A stretch of DNA of 64,000 nucleotides. It comes from an uncultured Gammaproteobacteria bacterium (GTDB taxonomy: Bacteria > Patescibacteriota > Patescibacteriia > UBA11705 > JABHMO01). Numbering within the stretch: position 1 is the stretch's first letter; the number at the start of each line of letters is the position of its first letter. This document shows positions 54,704 to 64,000 of this stretch, one piece after another. The position numbers were made by a program, and so were the translations under genes. The notes under the pieces were generated by a model, which was not told where the DNA came from, searched no databases, and was given only the letters and a program-made list of their open reading frames with translations. The DNA lies in contig CAZAKN010000002.1 of NCBI GenBank assembly GCA_964486065.1, forward strand, positions 29,452 to 93,451, read 5' to 3'.

Positions 54704-55741
54704 TTATTTTTTCTTTTTGGGACTCTTCTTTTTATTGTGTTTTTTCAGGTGAGATTTAATCTTATCGTATGTTCGGTGCAACTTGGAGCGTCCGGAATTC
54801 AACGCCAATTCTTCAAATAATATTGCCCAAACCGCGATACGAAAAGTATTGTAAGCCGAACCAACCATGACCATGAGCGCGACCACCAAAACAACCATTA
54901 GTATTCCCGTTATCCAAGCCAATACAAGCGAACCGGCCAAATTAAACAGAAAATAAAGTATAATCAAAGGCGCGACCACGATCAACATTCCCAATCCCAA
55001 AAGCGCCAAAAAAATAATATTTATCACAAAAAGCAACAAGCCCACTTCCAAGTTAAGTAAAGTATTTTGCCGGAAAATATCCCATGCCGCTCGTAGCGCG
55101 GCGAAAGCCTTTTTGCGTCTTAAAACAACATAAGCCGTGCCATAAATAGTTAAAAAATTAACAATAATCGTTAAAACGATAAACAACACAACGGACGGAA
55201 TATAAATCAACATCTGCCATAATGTTCCGCCACTGAATAAAATTGAAATAATGAAAGCCAACAACACCAATAAGCCGAGTAATACAAACTTGGTGATAAA
55301 ATTAACCTCCAAAATCGGCCAAAATTTTTCCAAGCCAATATGCCAAGATTTTTTCAAATCGGTTTTGTGCTTTTGATCCAAATCAACCACCCCGCGGATT
55401 ACTGCGCCCTGCCCGATAATAGCGAGACTCAAGAAAATAGCCAAAATCAACAAAATAAAAAGCAGAATAAAAAGCGAACCGACAAAACCGCTAAAATCAG
55501 TCTGCCAAGCCACGGCTAAATTATTCCAAGACAACATGCCGAAAAACCCTGACTGCGAATACTCCAACATAGTGTGATAAACGGTTTTTCCTTCATTTAA
55601 ATTGTTCAAACTGCGCACCATGGCTTCATAAACACTGCTATTCCCCAGAAAAGCTGCTAAAAAGCCCAAAACCCAAAGCCATTTGTTTTTCCAAGTTACT
55701 GAAAGCGCTCTTTTTAATAACGGTCGGTAAAAAGGTTCCAT
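54704..55741 (-). CDS. polytopic membrane protein with Lys-rich C-terminal tail (hypothetical)
   Basis: About 8 TM helices. C-terminus KKHNKKKSPKKKK. Confidence 0.5.
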   Translation of the reverse strand: MEPFYRPLLKRALSVTWKNKWLWVLGFLAAFLGNSSVYEAMVRSLNNLNEGKTVYHTMLEYSQSGFFGMLSWNNLAVAWQTDFSGFVGSLFILLFILLILAIFLSLAIIGQGAVIRGVVDLDQKHKTDLKKSWHIGLEKFWPILEVNFITKFVLLGLLVLLAFIISILFSGGTLWQMLIYIPSVVLFIVLTIIVNFLTIYGTAYVVLRRKKAFAALRAAWDIFRQNTLLNLEVGLLLFVINIIFLALLGLGMLIVVAPLIILYFLFNLAGSLVLAWITGILMVVLVVALMVMVGSAYNTFRIAVWAILFEELALNSGRSKLHRTYDKIKSHLKKHNKKKSPKKKK

Positions 55742-55863
55742 AAAAATTTTTATATTTATTTATAATATAATTATACAATATTTTTTATTTTTCTCCAAAA
55801 GAATTATAAACAAAAAACTTTACCTTAATCGGCAAAGTTTTTTGTTATATTCAATCACCGTAA

Positions 55864-56343
55864 TTATTTAAATCTTTCCGCCCATTTCTTAATCTCCTTT
55901 TTGGACTGTTCCGGATTTTGCAGAGGTTCTTTCAGTCCAAACTCGCCCATGTACTCATTATCGGGCAAAGCTTTTTGGTACTCTTGATAAGTTTTGCCGG
56001 CGTTCCCGCCAAAAGCGGTGAAAAATGCCAGTTTCTTATTTTTTATTTTGTCGGCATTTTGTTTTAAAAATGTTCGCCACGCTGGAGTGTAAGTTGTCAC
56101 CCAGACCGGAGTTCCCATAAAAATTCTGTCATAATTTTCCGGATTAAACTCATAAGCCTCCAGTTCTGGTTCTGTCTTGGCCATAACTTGTCTTCCGCCC
56201 CAAAAAATGCGCATCATGCCCGTCTTCTTAATATCTTTAATCGGTTTTATTTCCAAAATTTCGGTGGACAACTCTTCAGCCAAGGTTTTCGCCATAAAAC
56301 GACAATTATCTGTCAATGAATAATAAATGACTAGAGTTTTCAT
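55864..56343 (-). CDS. flavodoxin-family protein
   Basis: MKTLVIYYSLTDNCRFMAKTLAEEL...FMGTPVW. Flavodoxin-like fold signature. Confidence 0.65.
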   Translation of the reverse strand: MKTLVIYYSLTDNCRFMAKTLAEELSTEILEIKPIKDIKKTGMMRIFWGGRQVMAKTEPELEAYEFNPENYDRIFMGTPVWVTTYTPAWRTFLKQNADKIKNKKLAFFTAFGGNAGKTYQEYQKALPDNEYMGEFGLKEPLQNPEQSKKEIKKWAERFK

Positions 56344-56366
56344 AAAATTGCTTGCCAAGTTAGACA

Positions 56367-58187
56367 CTAAGCTTTCATGATTTTATTGAATTCTTCTTTT
56401 TCTATGGTTTCTTTTTCCAAAAGTTCACGCACCAATCTGTCCATCGTTTCCGTATTTTCCTTTATTAATTTTTCCGCGGTTTTAATGGCTCCTTCAATCA
56501 TTTTGTCAATTTCTGCATCTATGGCTTCCGCGACTTTTTCACTGTAATTACGTTGTTCTTTTAAATCCTTGCCCAAGAAAACCAATTCATCTTTATCTCC
56601 GTAAATGCGTGGCGCCATATTCTCGCTCATTCCATAACGAGTAATCAAATTACGAGCGATTTGCGTGGCTTTTTGCAAATCATTGGACGCGCCGGTGGTT
56701 ACTTCACCAAACCCTATTTTTTCCGCCACATAACCAGCCAAAAGCACCGCCAATTGATCAATGTATTCGGATCTTTTATGCAGATGACGATCTTTGTCCG
56801 GCAAATTCATGGTATAACCGGCGGCATGTCCGCGCGAAATAATTGAAACTTTATGAACCGGATCAGCGTGCGGAAGTAAATGACTGACCAAAGCATGCCC
56901 GGCTTCATGGCGTGCGGTAATTTTCTTTTCTTCGTCGGATAAAATATGACTTTTTCGTTCCGGTCCGAGCAAAACTTTTTCAATGCTTTCCAAAATTTCC
57001 GCTTCACCGACTTTTTTCTTATCACGACGCGCCGTTAATATAGCCGCTTCATTAATCAAATTCGCCAAATCCGCTCCGGAAAATCCGGGCGTTCTTTCCG
57101 CAATTTTCTTCATATCAACATCTTTTTCCAAAGGAATATTTCCGGCATGAACATTCAAAATGGCTTTTCTGTCTTGGATATCGGGCAAATCAATCACTAC
57201 GCGACGATCAAACCTGCCGGGACGCAACAACGCCGGATCCAAAACATCCGGACGGTTGGTGGCCGCCATGACGATCACATTGGTATGTAATTCAAACCCA
57301 TCCATTTCCACCAAAATTTGATTCAAAGTTTGTTCCCTCTCATCATGCGATCCGCCCAAACCGGCGCCCCTTTGACGACCGACGGCATCTATTTCGTCTA
57401 TAAAAATTATACAAGGAGAATTTTTCTTGGCATTGTTAAACAAATCTCGGACGCGAGACGCACCCACTCCCACGAACATTTCCACGAATTCCGAGCCGGA
57501 AATGGAAAAAAACGGAACTTTAGCTTCACCTGCCACGGCTTTGGCCAAAAGTGTTTTTCCAGTTCCTGGAGAGCCCATAAGCAAAACACCTTTGGGAATT
57601 TTAGCTCCCAGCGCAGTGAATTTTTTCGGATTACGCAAAAATTCCACCACTTCCAAAAGTTCTTCTTTAGCTTCTTTTACTCCAGCTACATCTTTGAAAG
57701 TAACTTTTTTCTTGGGGTCTTGCTTAATATTTTTTGCTTTACTTTGACCGAAACTTATCGCCCGATTATTGGCACCCTGAACCTGTCTCATCATAAACCA
57801 GATAAACACGGCAATAAATAAAAACGGGATCAAAAATGGCGCCAAAGCGGCCAACCAATAATCAAATCCGCTCGGTTCTTTTACTTCAATGGCCACCTTA
57901 CTTATCTTTTCCGAAGACACGCCGAAATTCGTCAATAATTCACTCAAAGATTCACTGCTTTCTTTTTTTGCTTCCTGAATACTCCCATCCTTCAAAGTTA
58001 ACAATAGCATATCACCTTCCACTTCTATTTTCTCCATTTTTTCTTCTTGAATCTGGTTAACCATTTTCCGTAAATCTATTTTTTCAGGTTGTTCCGTATT
58101 TAAATTGTACAAGCTGAAAATACTGGCTATGGCAAAAAATACCACTAAAAAAATCAATAAATTTTTCATCAAGCCGTTATTTTTCAT
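56367..58187 (-). CDS. ftsH: ATP-dependent zinc metalloprotease FtsH
   Basis: N-terminal TM, AAA module [20 protein letters not shown] zinc site. Confidence 0.95.
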   Translation of the reverse strand: MKNNGLMKNLLIFLVVFFAIASIFSLYNLNTEQPEKIDLRKMVNQIQEEKMEKIEVEGDMLLLTLKDGSIQEAKKESSESLSELLTNFGVSSEKISKVAIEVKEPSGFDYWLAALAPFLIPFLFIAVFIWFMMRQVQGANNRAISFGQSKAKNIKQDPKKKVTFKDVAGVKEAKEELLEVVEFLRNPKKFTALGAKIPKGVLLMGSPGTGKTLLAKAVAGEAKVPFFSISGSEFVEMFVGVGASRVRDLFNNAKKNSPCIIFIDEIDAVGRQRGAGLGGSHDEREQTLNQILVEMDGFELHTNVIVMAATNRPDVLDPALLRPGRFDRRVVIDLPDIQDRKAILNVHAGNIPLEKDVDMKKIAERTPGFSGADLANLINEAAILTARRDKKKVGEAEILESIEKVLLGPERKSHILSDEEKKITARHEAGHALVSHLLPHADPVHKVSIISRGHAAGYTMNLPDKDRHLHKRSEYIDQLAVLLAGYVAEKIGFGEVTTGASNDLQKATQIARNLITRYGMSENMAPRIYGDKDELVFLGKDLKEQRNYSEKVAEAIDAEIDKMIEGAIKTAEKLIKENTETMDRLVRELLEKETIEKEEFNKIMKA

Positions 58188-58207
58188 AATTGATTAAATA
58201 ATAATTT

Positions 58208-61200
58208 TTAAGCTTCCGCTTTTTCTTTTTTTTCTTTGGCTCTAAAACCCGTTCCCGCCGGAATCAAACGACCGATAATCACATTTTCTTTCAAGCCTTC
58301 CAAATTATCAATTTTTCCGGTAACAGCCGCGTTAATCAATACTTTGGCGGTTTCTTGAAACGAAGCCGCGGATAGCCAACTGGTAGTTGATAAAGATACT
58401 TTGGAAATACCCAGAAAAACATCTTCCGCTTTAGCCGGCTTTTGACCTTTTTCCAAAGCATCATTGGCTTGCAAGAAAGCGGTTCTTTCCACCACTTCTC
58501 CTTCCAGCAAATCAGTATCTCCGGCGTCGTTAACATAAACACGGGAGAACATTTGTCTGGCGATAATTTCCACATGTTTATCATTTAGCTTCTGCCCTTG
58601 TGAAGAATAAATATGTTGAATTTCTCTTAAAATATAATCTTGCACCGCTCTTTTTCCACTCACTTTGAACAACTGAGACAAATCAATGCTTCCTTCAGTC
58701 AATTGCTGTCCCTTTTCAACCTTATCTCCATCTTTCACCCAAAGCACCGTTCCGGCCGGCACAACATATTCTTTTTCTCCATTAACTTCGGTTATCACGG
58801 AAATCTTATCATCTTCAACTTTGGCCTTTCCGAAAGTTTTTGATTTAACTTTCTTTTTCGCGGCATCTAAATACAATACATCATTCTGGCTAATCAAATC
58901 ATCATCTTTAACTTCAACTTTGGCGTCTTTCGGTAACTTATATTCCACTTCTTCCGTATCCTTATAATTAATCTTTAGAATTCTTTCACTGAAAGAACTT
59001 TTGGCCACGATTTCGCTTTTACCGCTTTTAATCACCCTTTTTTGTTCTTCAATACTGACCAAACCTTCAACCTCGGCGATCAAAGCTTTCTTTTTAGGTG
59101 GGCGCGCTTCAAAAACTTCCTCCACCCGTGGCAAACCTTGAGTAATATCACTGGCTCCCGCCACACCACCAGTATGAAAAGTTCTCATAGTCAACTGCGT
59201 GCCAGGTTCACCGATACTTTGCGCGGCGATAGCTCCAACCGCGGTACCGAATTCAACCGGTTTATTGAAAGCCAAATCAAAACCGTAACATTTGCGACAA
59301 ATTCCTTTTTTGCATTTACAAGATAAAGCTGAACGGATTTTCACTTCCTTAATGTCCATTTTATGCATTTCACGAGCCAATTGTTCGGTTATGATTTCTC
59401 CGGCCGGAACAACTTCTTTCTTGGTTTCAGGATCAATAATGGGATCAACAACATAACGACCAACCACTCTATCGGCCAATTTTTGTCCCATAATTTCACT
59501 TTCTTCCGCTGTAATCAATTTACCTTCCGTGTCCCCGCAATCATCTTCCATTATCACGATATCTTGAGAAACATCCACCAGTCTTCTGGTTAAATAACCC
59601 GCGTTAGCGGTTCTAAGAGCCGTATCGGACAAACCTTTTCTGGTACCATGAGTGGAAATATAATATTCAAGAACTTGAAAACCTTCCTTAAAATTCGCTT
59701 TAACCGGCAATTCCATAATTTGACCGGACGGATTGATCACCAAACCTTTCATGCCGAGCATCTGAGATAACTGCCCCCAAGATCCTCTAGCTCCGGAGTT
59801 AATCATGGAATAAACCGGGCCTTCCGGATCCAATGATTCAGAACTTAATTGAGTGGTTTGATCTTTTATCTTGGTCCAAATTTCAATAATTTTGGTATAT
59901 CTTTCATCAGCGGTCAATAATCCTTCTTCGTATTGAGATTGCACTTCTTCAACCATTTTTTCACCTTGTTCCACCAATTCTTTTTTACCTTTAATATCCG
60001 GCAAATTGCCAATCCCCCAAGAAAATCCGGATTTGGTTAATTGCGCGAAACCGAAATTTTTAATCGCGTCCAAAACACTAGCGGTTTTTTCAAAACCGTA
60101 AAACTCCAAGCACAACTGGACAATGGCACCCATTTTCTTTTTATCAATCACTTCATTATAATACGGTAATTTTGCCGGCAACAATTCATTGAATAAAATC
60201 CTACCCAAAGTTGTTTCTGCCAAACCGGATTCAAACTTTTCCGCCAGTTCTCCGGCTTGTTCATCAATACGAATTTTCAAAGGTTGACGCAAAGTTATTT
60301 TACCCAAGCTATGAGCTACTTTGGCTTCGTTTATTGAAGCGAATGTTTTTACCGGCGCTTCTTCTTTTTGGATGGAAGTAACATAAAAGCTTCCCCAAAC
60401 CATATCCATACTCGGAGTAGTTACGGGATTACCAGTGGCTGGTTTTAATAAATTATTGGCGGACAACATCAATTCTTTGGCTTCTTTCTTGGCTTCTTCG
60501 GTCAAAGGAACATGAACCGCCATTTGATCACCGTCAAAGTCAGCATTAAAAGCTGAACACACCAAAGGATGCAACCGAATCGCTTTACCTTCAATTAAAA
60601 CGGGTTGAAAAGCTTGAATTCCCAGTCTGTGCAAAGTCGGAGCGCGATTTAACAATACATTGGCGCCGGCCACGATATTTTCCAAAATATCCCAAACTTC
60701 CGGACGATCTGATTCAATAAAACGATTGGCGCTACGAATATTATGAACAAATTCATTTTTAATTAAACGACTGATCACGAAAGGTTTAAATAATTCCAAA
60801 GCCATTTTTTTCGGAATACCGCATTGGTCAATCGCCAAACTAGGTCCAATCACGATTACGCTACGACCGGAATAATCAATTCTTTTACCAAGCAAATTTT
60901 GTCTGAAACGACCGCGCTTTCCTTTTAAGTAATCGGCGATGGATTTTAATTTTCGCTTTTGTCCTGTGGAAGCGGTAGTGGTTTTACTATGACGCGCGGA
61001 ATTATCAATCAAAGCGTCAACCGCTTCTTGCAACATGCGTTTTTCATTTCTCGTAATCACTTCCGGCGCGTTCAATTCCATTAATCTTTTCAAACGATTG
61101 TTTCTGGAAATAACCCGGCGATACAAATCATTTAAATCGGAAGTGGCAAATCTACCACCATCCAACGGAACCATGGGACGCAAATCCGGCGGAATCACCG

Positions 61201-62122
61201 GCACGGAAGCCAAGACCATGTGTTCCGGTTTAATGCCGTTCTTTTTTAAACTTTTTAACAATTTGATACGATTGACAATTTTTTTTGATTTTTGAGAATT
61301 ATCGTCTTTTACTTCGGCTTCCAATTGCTTTATCATTTCATCAACATCAATCTTTTCCAACATTTTTCTAACCGCCTCAGCGCCAATTCCGGCTTCAAAC
61401 ACATGTCCATATTTCAAAGACATATCTTGGTATTCCAATTCGGAAATAATCTTTAATTCTTTCAAATCTCGCAATTCTTTTTCCGTAAAATTGAAATCAT
61501 CAGCCAATTCTTGCAATTCTTGATCTTTGGTTTCATTGAGCGCGATCAATTGGCTTTCTTTTTCATCGGCGGACAAATCAGCATTTTTTTGGATATTTTC
61601 GATTTTTTGCTTAAACTGAGCATCAATGGTTTTTTGTTTGGAAACATATTCTTTTTTCAAATTAGCCAATTCTTCTTTGCGCAATTCATCATTTACTTCG
61701 GTGACCAAAAAATTAGCAAAATAAATAACTTTTTCCAATTTTTGAATTGATAAATCCAAAATCAAACCAATCTTGGACGGAATACCCCGTAAAAACCAAA
61801 TGTGACTGACCGGCACGGACAAATCAACATGCCCCATGCGTTGACGACGAACCACAGCGCGGGTAACTTCCACTCCGCACTTGTCACAAATAATACCTTT
61901 GTAACGAATTTTTTTATATTTACCGCAGTAACATTCCCAATCTTTGGTGGGACCAAAAATTTTCTCGCAAAACAACCCGTCTTTTTCCGGTTTCTGGGTA
62001 CGATAATTAATTGTCTCGGGACGAGTCACCTCGCCATGCGACCAACTATGAACATCTTCGGGGGAAGCTAATTTCAATTTGATGGCATCAAAGTCATCAA
62101 TTTTTAAAGTATCTACACTCAT
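58208..62122 (-). CDS. rpoC: DNA-directed RNA polymerase subunit beta'
   Basis: 1304 aa. NADFDGD catalytic motif and zinc-binding Cys clusters. Confidence 0.95.
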   Translation of the reverse strand: MSVDTLKIDDFDAIKLKLASPEDVHSWSHGEVTRPETINYRTQKPEKDGLFCEKIFGPTKDWECYCGKYKKIRYKGIICDKCGVEVTRAVVRRQRMGHVDLSVPVSHIWFLRGIPSKIGLILDLSIQKLEKVIYFANFLVTEVNDELRKEELANLKKEYVSKQKTIDAQFKQKIENIQKNADLSADEKESQLIALNETKDQELQELADDFNFTEKELRDLKELKIISELEYQDMSLKYGHVFEAGIGAEAVRKMLEKIDVDEMIKQLEAEVKDDNSQKSKKIVNRIKLLKSLKKNGIKPEHMVLASVPVIPPDLRPMVPLDGGRFATSDLNDLYRRVISRNNRLKRLMELNAPEVITRNEKRMLQEAVDALIDNSARHSKTTTASTGQKRKLKSIADYLKGKRGRFRQNLLGKRIDYSGRSVIVIGPSLAIDQCGIPKKMALELFKPFVISRLIKNEFVHNIRSANRFIESDRPEVWDILENIVAGANVLLNRAPTLHRLGIQAFQPVLIEGKAIRLHPLVCSAFNADFDGDQMAVHVPLTEEAKKEAKELMLSANNLLKPATGNPVTTPSMDMVWGSFYVTSIQKEEAPVKTFASINEAKVAHSLGKITLRQPLKIRIDEQAGELAEKFESGLAETTLGRILFNELLPAKLPYYNEVIDKKKMGAIVQLCLEFYGFEKTASVLDAIKNFGFAQLTKSGFSWGIGNLPDIKGKKELVEQGEKMVEEVQSQYEEGLLTADERYTKIIEIWTKIKDQTTQLSSESLDPEGPVYSMINSGARGSWGQLSQMLGMKGLVINPSGQIMELPVKANFKEGFQVLEYYISTHGTRKGLSDTALRTANAGYLTRRLVDVSQDIVIMEDDCGDTEGKLITAEESEIMGQKLADRVVGRYVVDPIIDPETKKEVVPAGEIITEQLAREMHKMDIKEVKIRSALSCKCKKGICRKCYGFDLAFNKPVEFGTAVGAIAAQSIGEPGTQLTMRTFHTGGVAGASDITQGLPRVEEVFEARPPKKKALIAEVEGLVSIEEQKRVIKSGKSEIVAKSSFSERILKINYKDTEEVEYKLPKDAKVEVKDDDLISQNDVLYLDAAKKKVKSKTFGKAKVEDDKISVITEVNGEKEYVVPAGTVLWVKDGDKVEKGQQLTEGSIDLSQLFKVSGKRAVQDYILREIQHIYSSQGQKLNDKHVEIIARQMFSRVYVNDAGDTDLLEGEVVERTAFLQANDALEKGQKPAKAEDVFLGISKVSLSTTSWLSAASFQETAKVLINAAVTGKIDNLEGLKENVIIGRLIPAGTGFRAKEKKEKAEA

Positions 62123-62146
62123 ATTATGTTAATTTATTTTAATTAA

Positions 62147-64000
62147 TTATTCTTGATCCGAAGAATTTTCTTGTTCTTCACTGACCGCGGAAACCAAATT
62201 TTTCATTTTTTCTTCTACTTCCCCTTCCACCGCGAATTCTTCACGAGCTTTGCGCCTTTGCGCCATTTCTTGTTTTCTTTCTTCTTCCGCTCTGGCTTCC
62301 AGAATTTCTTGAGTAACCTTTTCTCCATCTTTCAAAAGTTCCACATCCAAAGCCAATCCTTTCAATTCGCGAATCAAAACATTGAAAGATTCCGGAACAT
62401 TCAATCTTTTTATCGGCTCACCTTTGATAATTGATTCATAGGCCTTGGCGCGTCCCAAAACATCATCGGATTTAATGGTAAGTATTTCTTGCAAAGTATG
62501 CGCCGCACCATAAGCTTCCAATGCCCATACTTCCATTTCTCCGAATCTCTGCCCACCGAATTGAGCTTTTCCCCCCAAGGGTTGTTGAGTAATCAAAGAG
62601 TAAGGACCAATTGATCTTTGGTGAATTTTATCTTCCACCATATGGTTCAATTTCAACATGTAATTAATACCAACCGTAATTTTATGGTCAAAAGCTTCTC
62701 CGGTTTTTCCGTCATACAATTGCAATTGACCGTCCACCGGGTAACCGGCTTTTTCCAATTCTCCTTGAATTATTTCCAAAGGCACGCCGTTTAACACTGG
62801 AGTAGCTACTTTATATCCCAAAGTTCTGGCCGCCAAGCCCAAATGCGTTTCCAAAATCTGTCCCAAATTCATACGAGAAGCAATACCAAGCGGAGTTAGA
62901 ATAATATCCACCGGTGTGCCATCTTCCATGAACGGCAAATCTTCCACCGGCACGATGCGAGAAATAACACCTTTGTTCCCATGGCGTCCGGCCAATTTGT
63001 CACCAACTTGGATTTTTCGCAAATTGGCGATGGTAACTTGAATTGATTTAATAACTCCGGGAGAAAGTTTATCACCGTTCTCTTGGCTGAAAACTCTGAT
63101 ATCCACGACTTTGCCGTGCTCTCCATGTTCCAAGCGCAAAGAAGTATCACGAACATCTCTGGCTTTTTCTCCGAAAATGGCTTTTAACAATTTTTCCTCA
63201 GCTGACAATTCCGTTTCTCCTTTCGGAGTAATCTTACCCACCAAAATATCGCCGGATTTTACCGTAGCGCCAATGCGCACGATTCCTTCGGCATCAAGAT
63301 TTTTTAATTTTTCTTCACTGATATTCGGGATATCAGCGGTTACCACTTCGGGTCCTAATTTGGTATCGCGAACATCAATAGTGTAATTATCAATATGCAC
63401 CGAGGAATATGTGTCATTATGCACCAAGCGTTCAGAAATAATGATGGCGTCTTCATAGTTATAACCTTCCCAAGCCATATACGCCACCAAAGCATTTTGC
63501 CCAAGCGCCAATTCTCCGTTCTGAATTGAAGGACCATCCGCCAAAACTTGTCCTTTTTTAACTTTTTCACCCAGGTCAACAATCGGTCTTTGATCAATAC
63601 TGGTAGACGCGTTGGAACATTCGTATTTATTTAATTTAAATTTGTGAAGTTCACCTTTTTTATCAAGTAAATGAATTTCATTGGCCTGCACTTTTACAAT
63701 TTCACCATCTTGCGGAGCCAAAACACAATGCCCGGAATCCTCCGCGGCTTTGGCTTCAATACCCGTACCGACAACCGGAGAATCAGGTTTAACGCAAGGA
63801 ACGGCCTGCCGTTGCATGTTCGTTCCCATCAGCGCACGAGTGGCATCATCATTTTCCAAGAAAGGAATCAAAGAAGTTCCCACGCTGACGATTTGATTGG
63901 ATGAAACATCCATGTAATCAATTTTGTAAATATGATCAATGGTCGGAACCCCGTAACGACGAACTTCCACTTTGTCGGAATCAAATTTTCCTTTTTCGGT
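62147..64000 (-). CDS. rpoB: DNA-directed RNA polymerase subunit beta (3' portion; 5' end lies beyond window end)
   Basis: The minus-strand reading frame stays open from 62147 to at least 63970 and presumably continues past the window end; the first M listed in the ORF track is internal, not the gene start. C-terminal rpoB motifs ...[19 protein letters not shown]... Confidence 0.95.
   Translation of the reverse strand, partial: TEKGKFDSDKVEVRRYGVPTIDHIYKIDYMDVSSNQIVSVGTSLIPFLENDDATRALMGTNMQRQAVPCVKPDSPVVGTGIEAKAAEDSGHCVLAPQDGEIVKVQANEIHLLDKKGELHKFKLNKYECSNASTSIDQRPIVDLGEKVKKGQVLADGPSIQNGELALGQNALVAYMAWEGYNYEDAIIISERLVHNDTYSSVHIDNYTIDVRDTKLGPEVVTADIPNISEEKLKNLDAEGIVRIGATVKSGDILVGKITPKGETELSAEEKLLKAIFGEKARDVRDTSLRLEHGEHGKVVDIRVFSQENGDKLSPGVIKSIQVTIANLRKIQVGDKLAGRHGNKGVISRIVPVEDLPFMEDGTPVDIILTPLGIASRMNLGQILETHLGLAARTLGYKVATPVLNGVPLEIIQGELEKAGYPVDGQLQLYDGKTGEAFDHKITVGINYMLKLNHMVEDKIHQRSIGPYSLITQQPLGGKAQFGGQRFGEMEVWALEAYGAAHTLQEILTIKSDDVLGRAKAYESIIKGEPIKRLNVPESFNVLIRELKGLALDVELLKDGEKVTQEILEARAEEERKQEMAQRRKAREEFAVEGEVEEKMKNLVSAVSEEQENSSDQE

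Noticed and set aside
58336-63597. Numerous 60-170 aa ORFs inside rpoC, rpoB, leuS, valS, infB on either strand
   Set aside because: All are embedded in or antisense to long, well-conserved coding frames, and their translations are low-complexity. Shadow ORFs.
1-64000. CRISPR arrays, IS/transposase genes, integrases, rRNA genes
   Set aside because: No short interspaced direct repeats, no DDE/HUH transposase or tyrosine-recombinase motifs, and no rRNA-like conserved stretches were seen. The only tandem repeat is the 33-bp coding repeat at 4021-4105.

Overview
Low-GC, compact bacterial chromosome segment, most consistent with a Patescibacteria/CPR-type genome (tight gene packing, many strong rho-independent terminators). 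No IS elements, CRISPR arrays, rRNA or prophage genes were seen. Most genes are minus-strand housekeeping genes: dnaE 5' end, pyk, an argS-tyrS-valS cluster, leuS, rnhB, gdh, trxB/trxA, infB, ftsH, rpoC and the 3' part of rpoB. There are four tRNA genes, including a tRNA-Ile with anticodon UAU and an irregular tRNA-Val(CAC) paralog. Two cell-envelope glycan regions are present. The small one (1.3-8.0 kb) has a DUF4012-like protein, a repeat-containing lipoprotein and three GT2 genes, one of them a processive membrane GT2. The large one (29.1-47.6 kb) is a ~18.5 kb Wzx/Wzy-type locus with gmd/fcl (GDP-fucose), flippase, priming phosphoglycosyltransferase, ligase/polymerase-like TPR protein, one GT4, six GT2/GT-A genes, three intact SAM methyltransferases and a fourth that is frameshifted, a truncated UDP-sugar dehydrogenase-like gene, and a 490-aa possible ParB-like/nucleotidyltransferase-fold fusion. 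A chimeric pseudogene in this locus records a tandem duplication followed by an internal deletion. Other observations: a GC-rich hairpin island with two convergent SD-preceded mini-ORFs between a TrmB-family regulator and leuS; an ORFan with an HTH-like C-terminus inserted between leuS and rnhB; an orphan ribbon-helix-helix gene with a 21-bp perfect palindrome; and several promoters with TATAAT 6-9 nt upstream of the ATG (leaderless-type).
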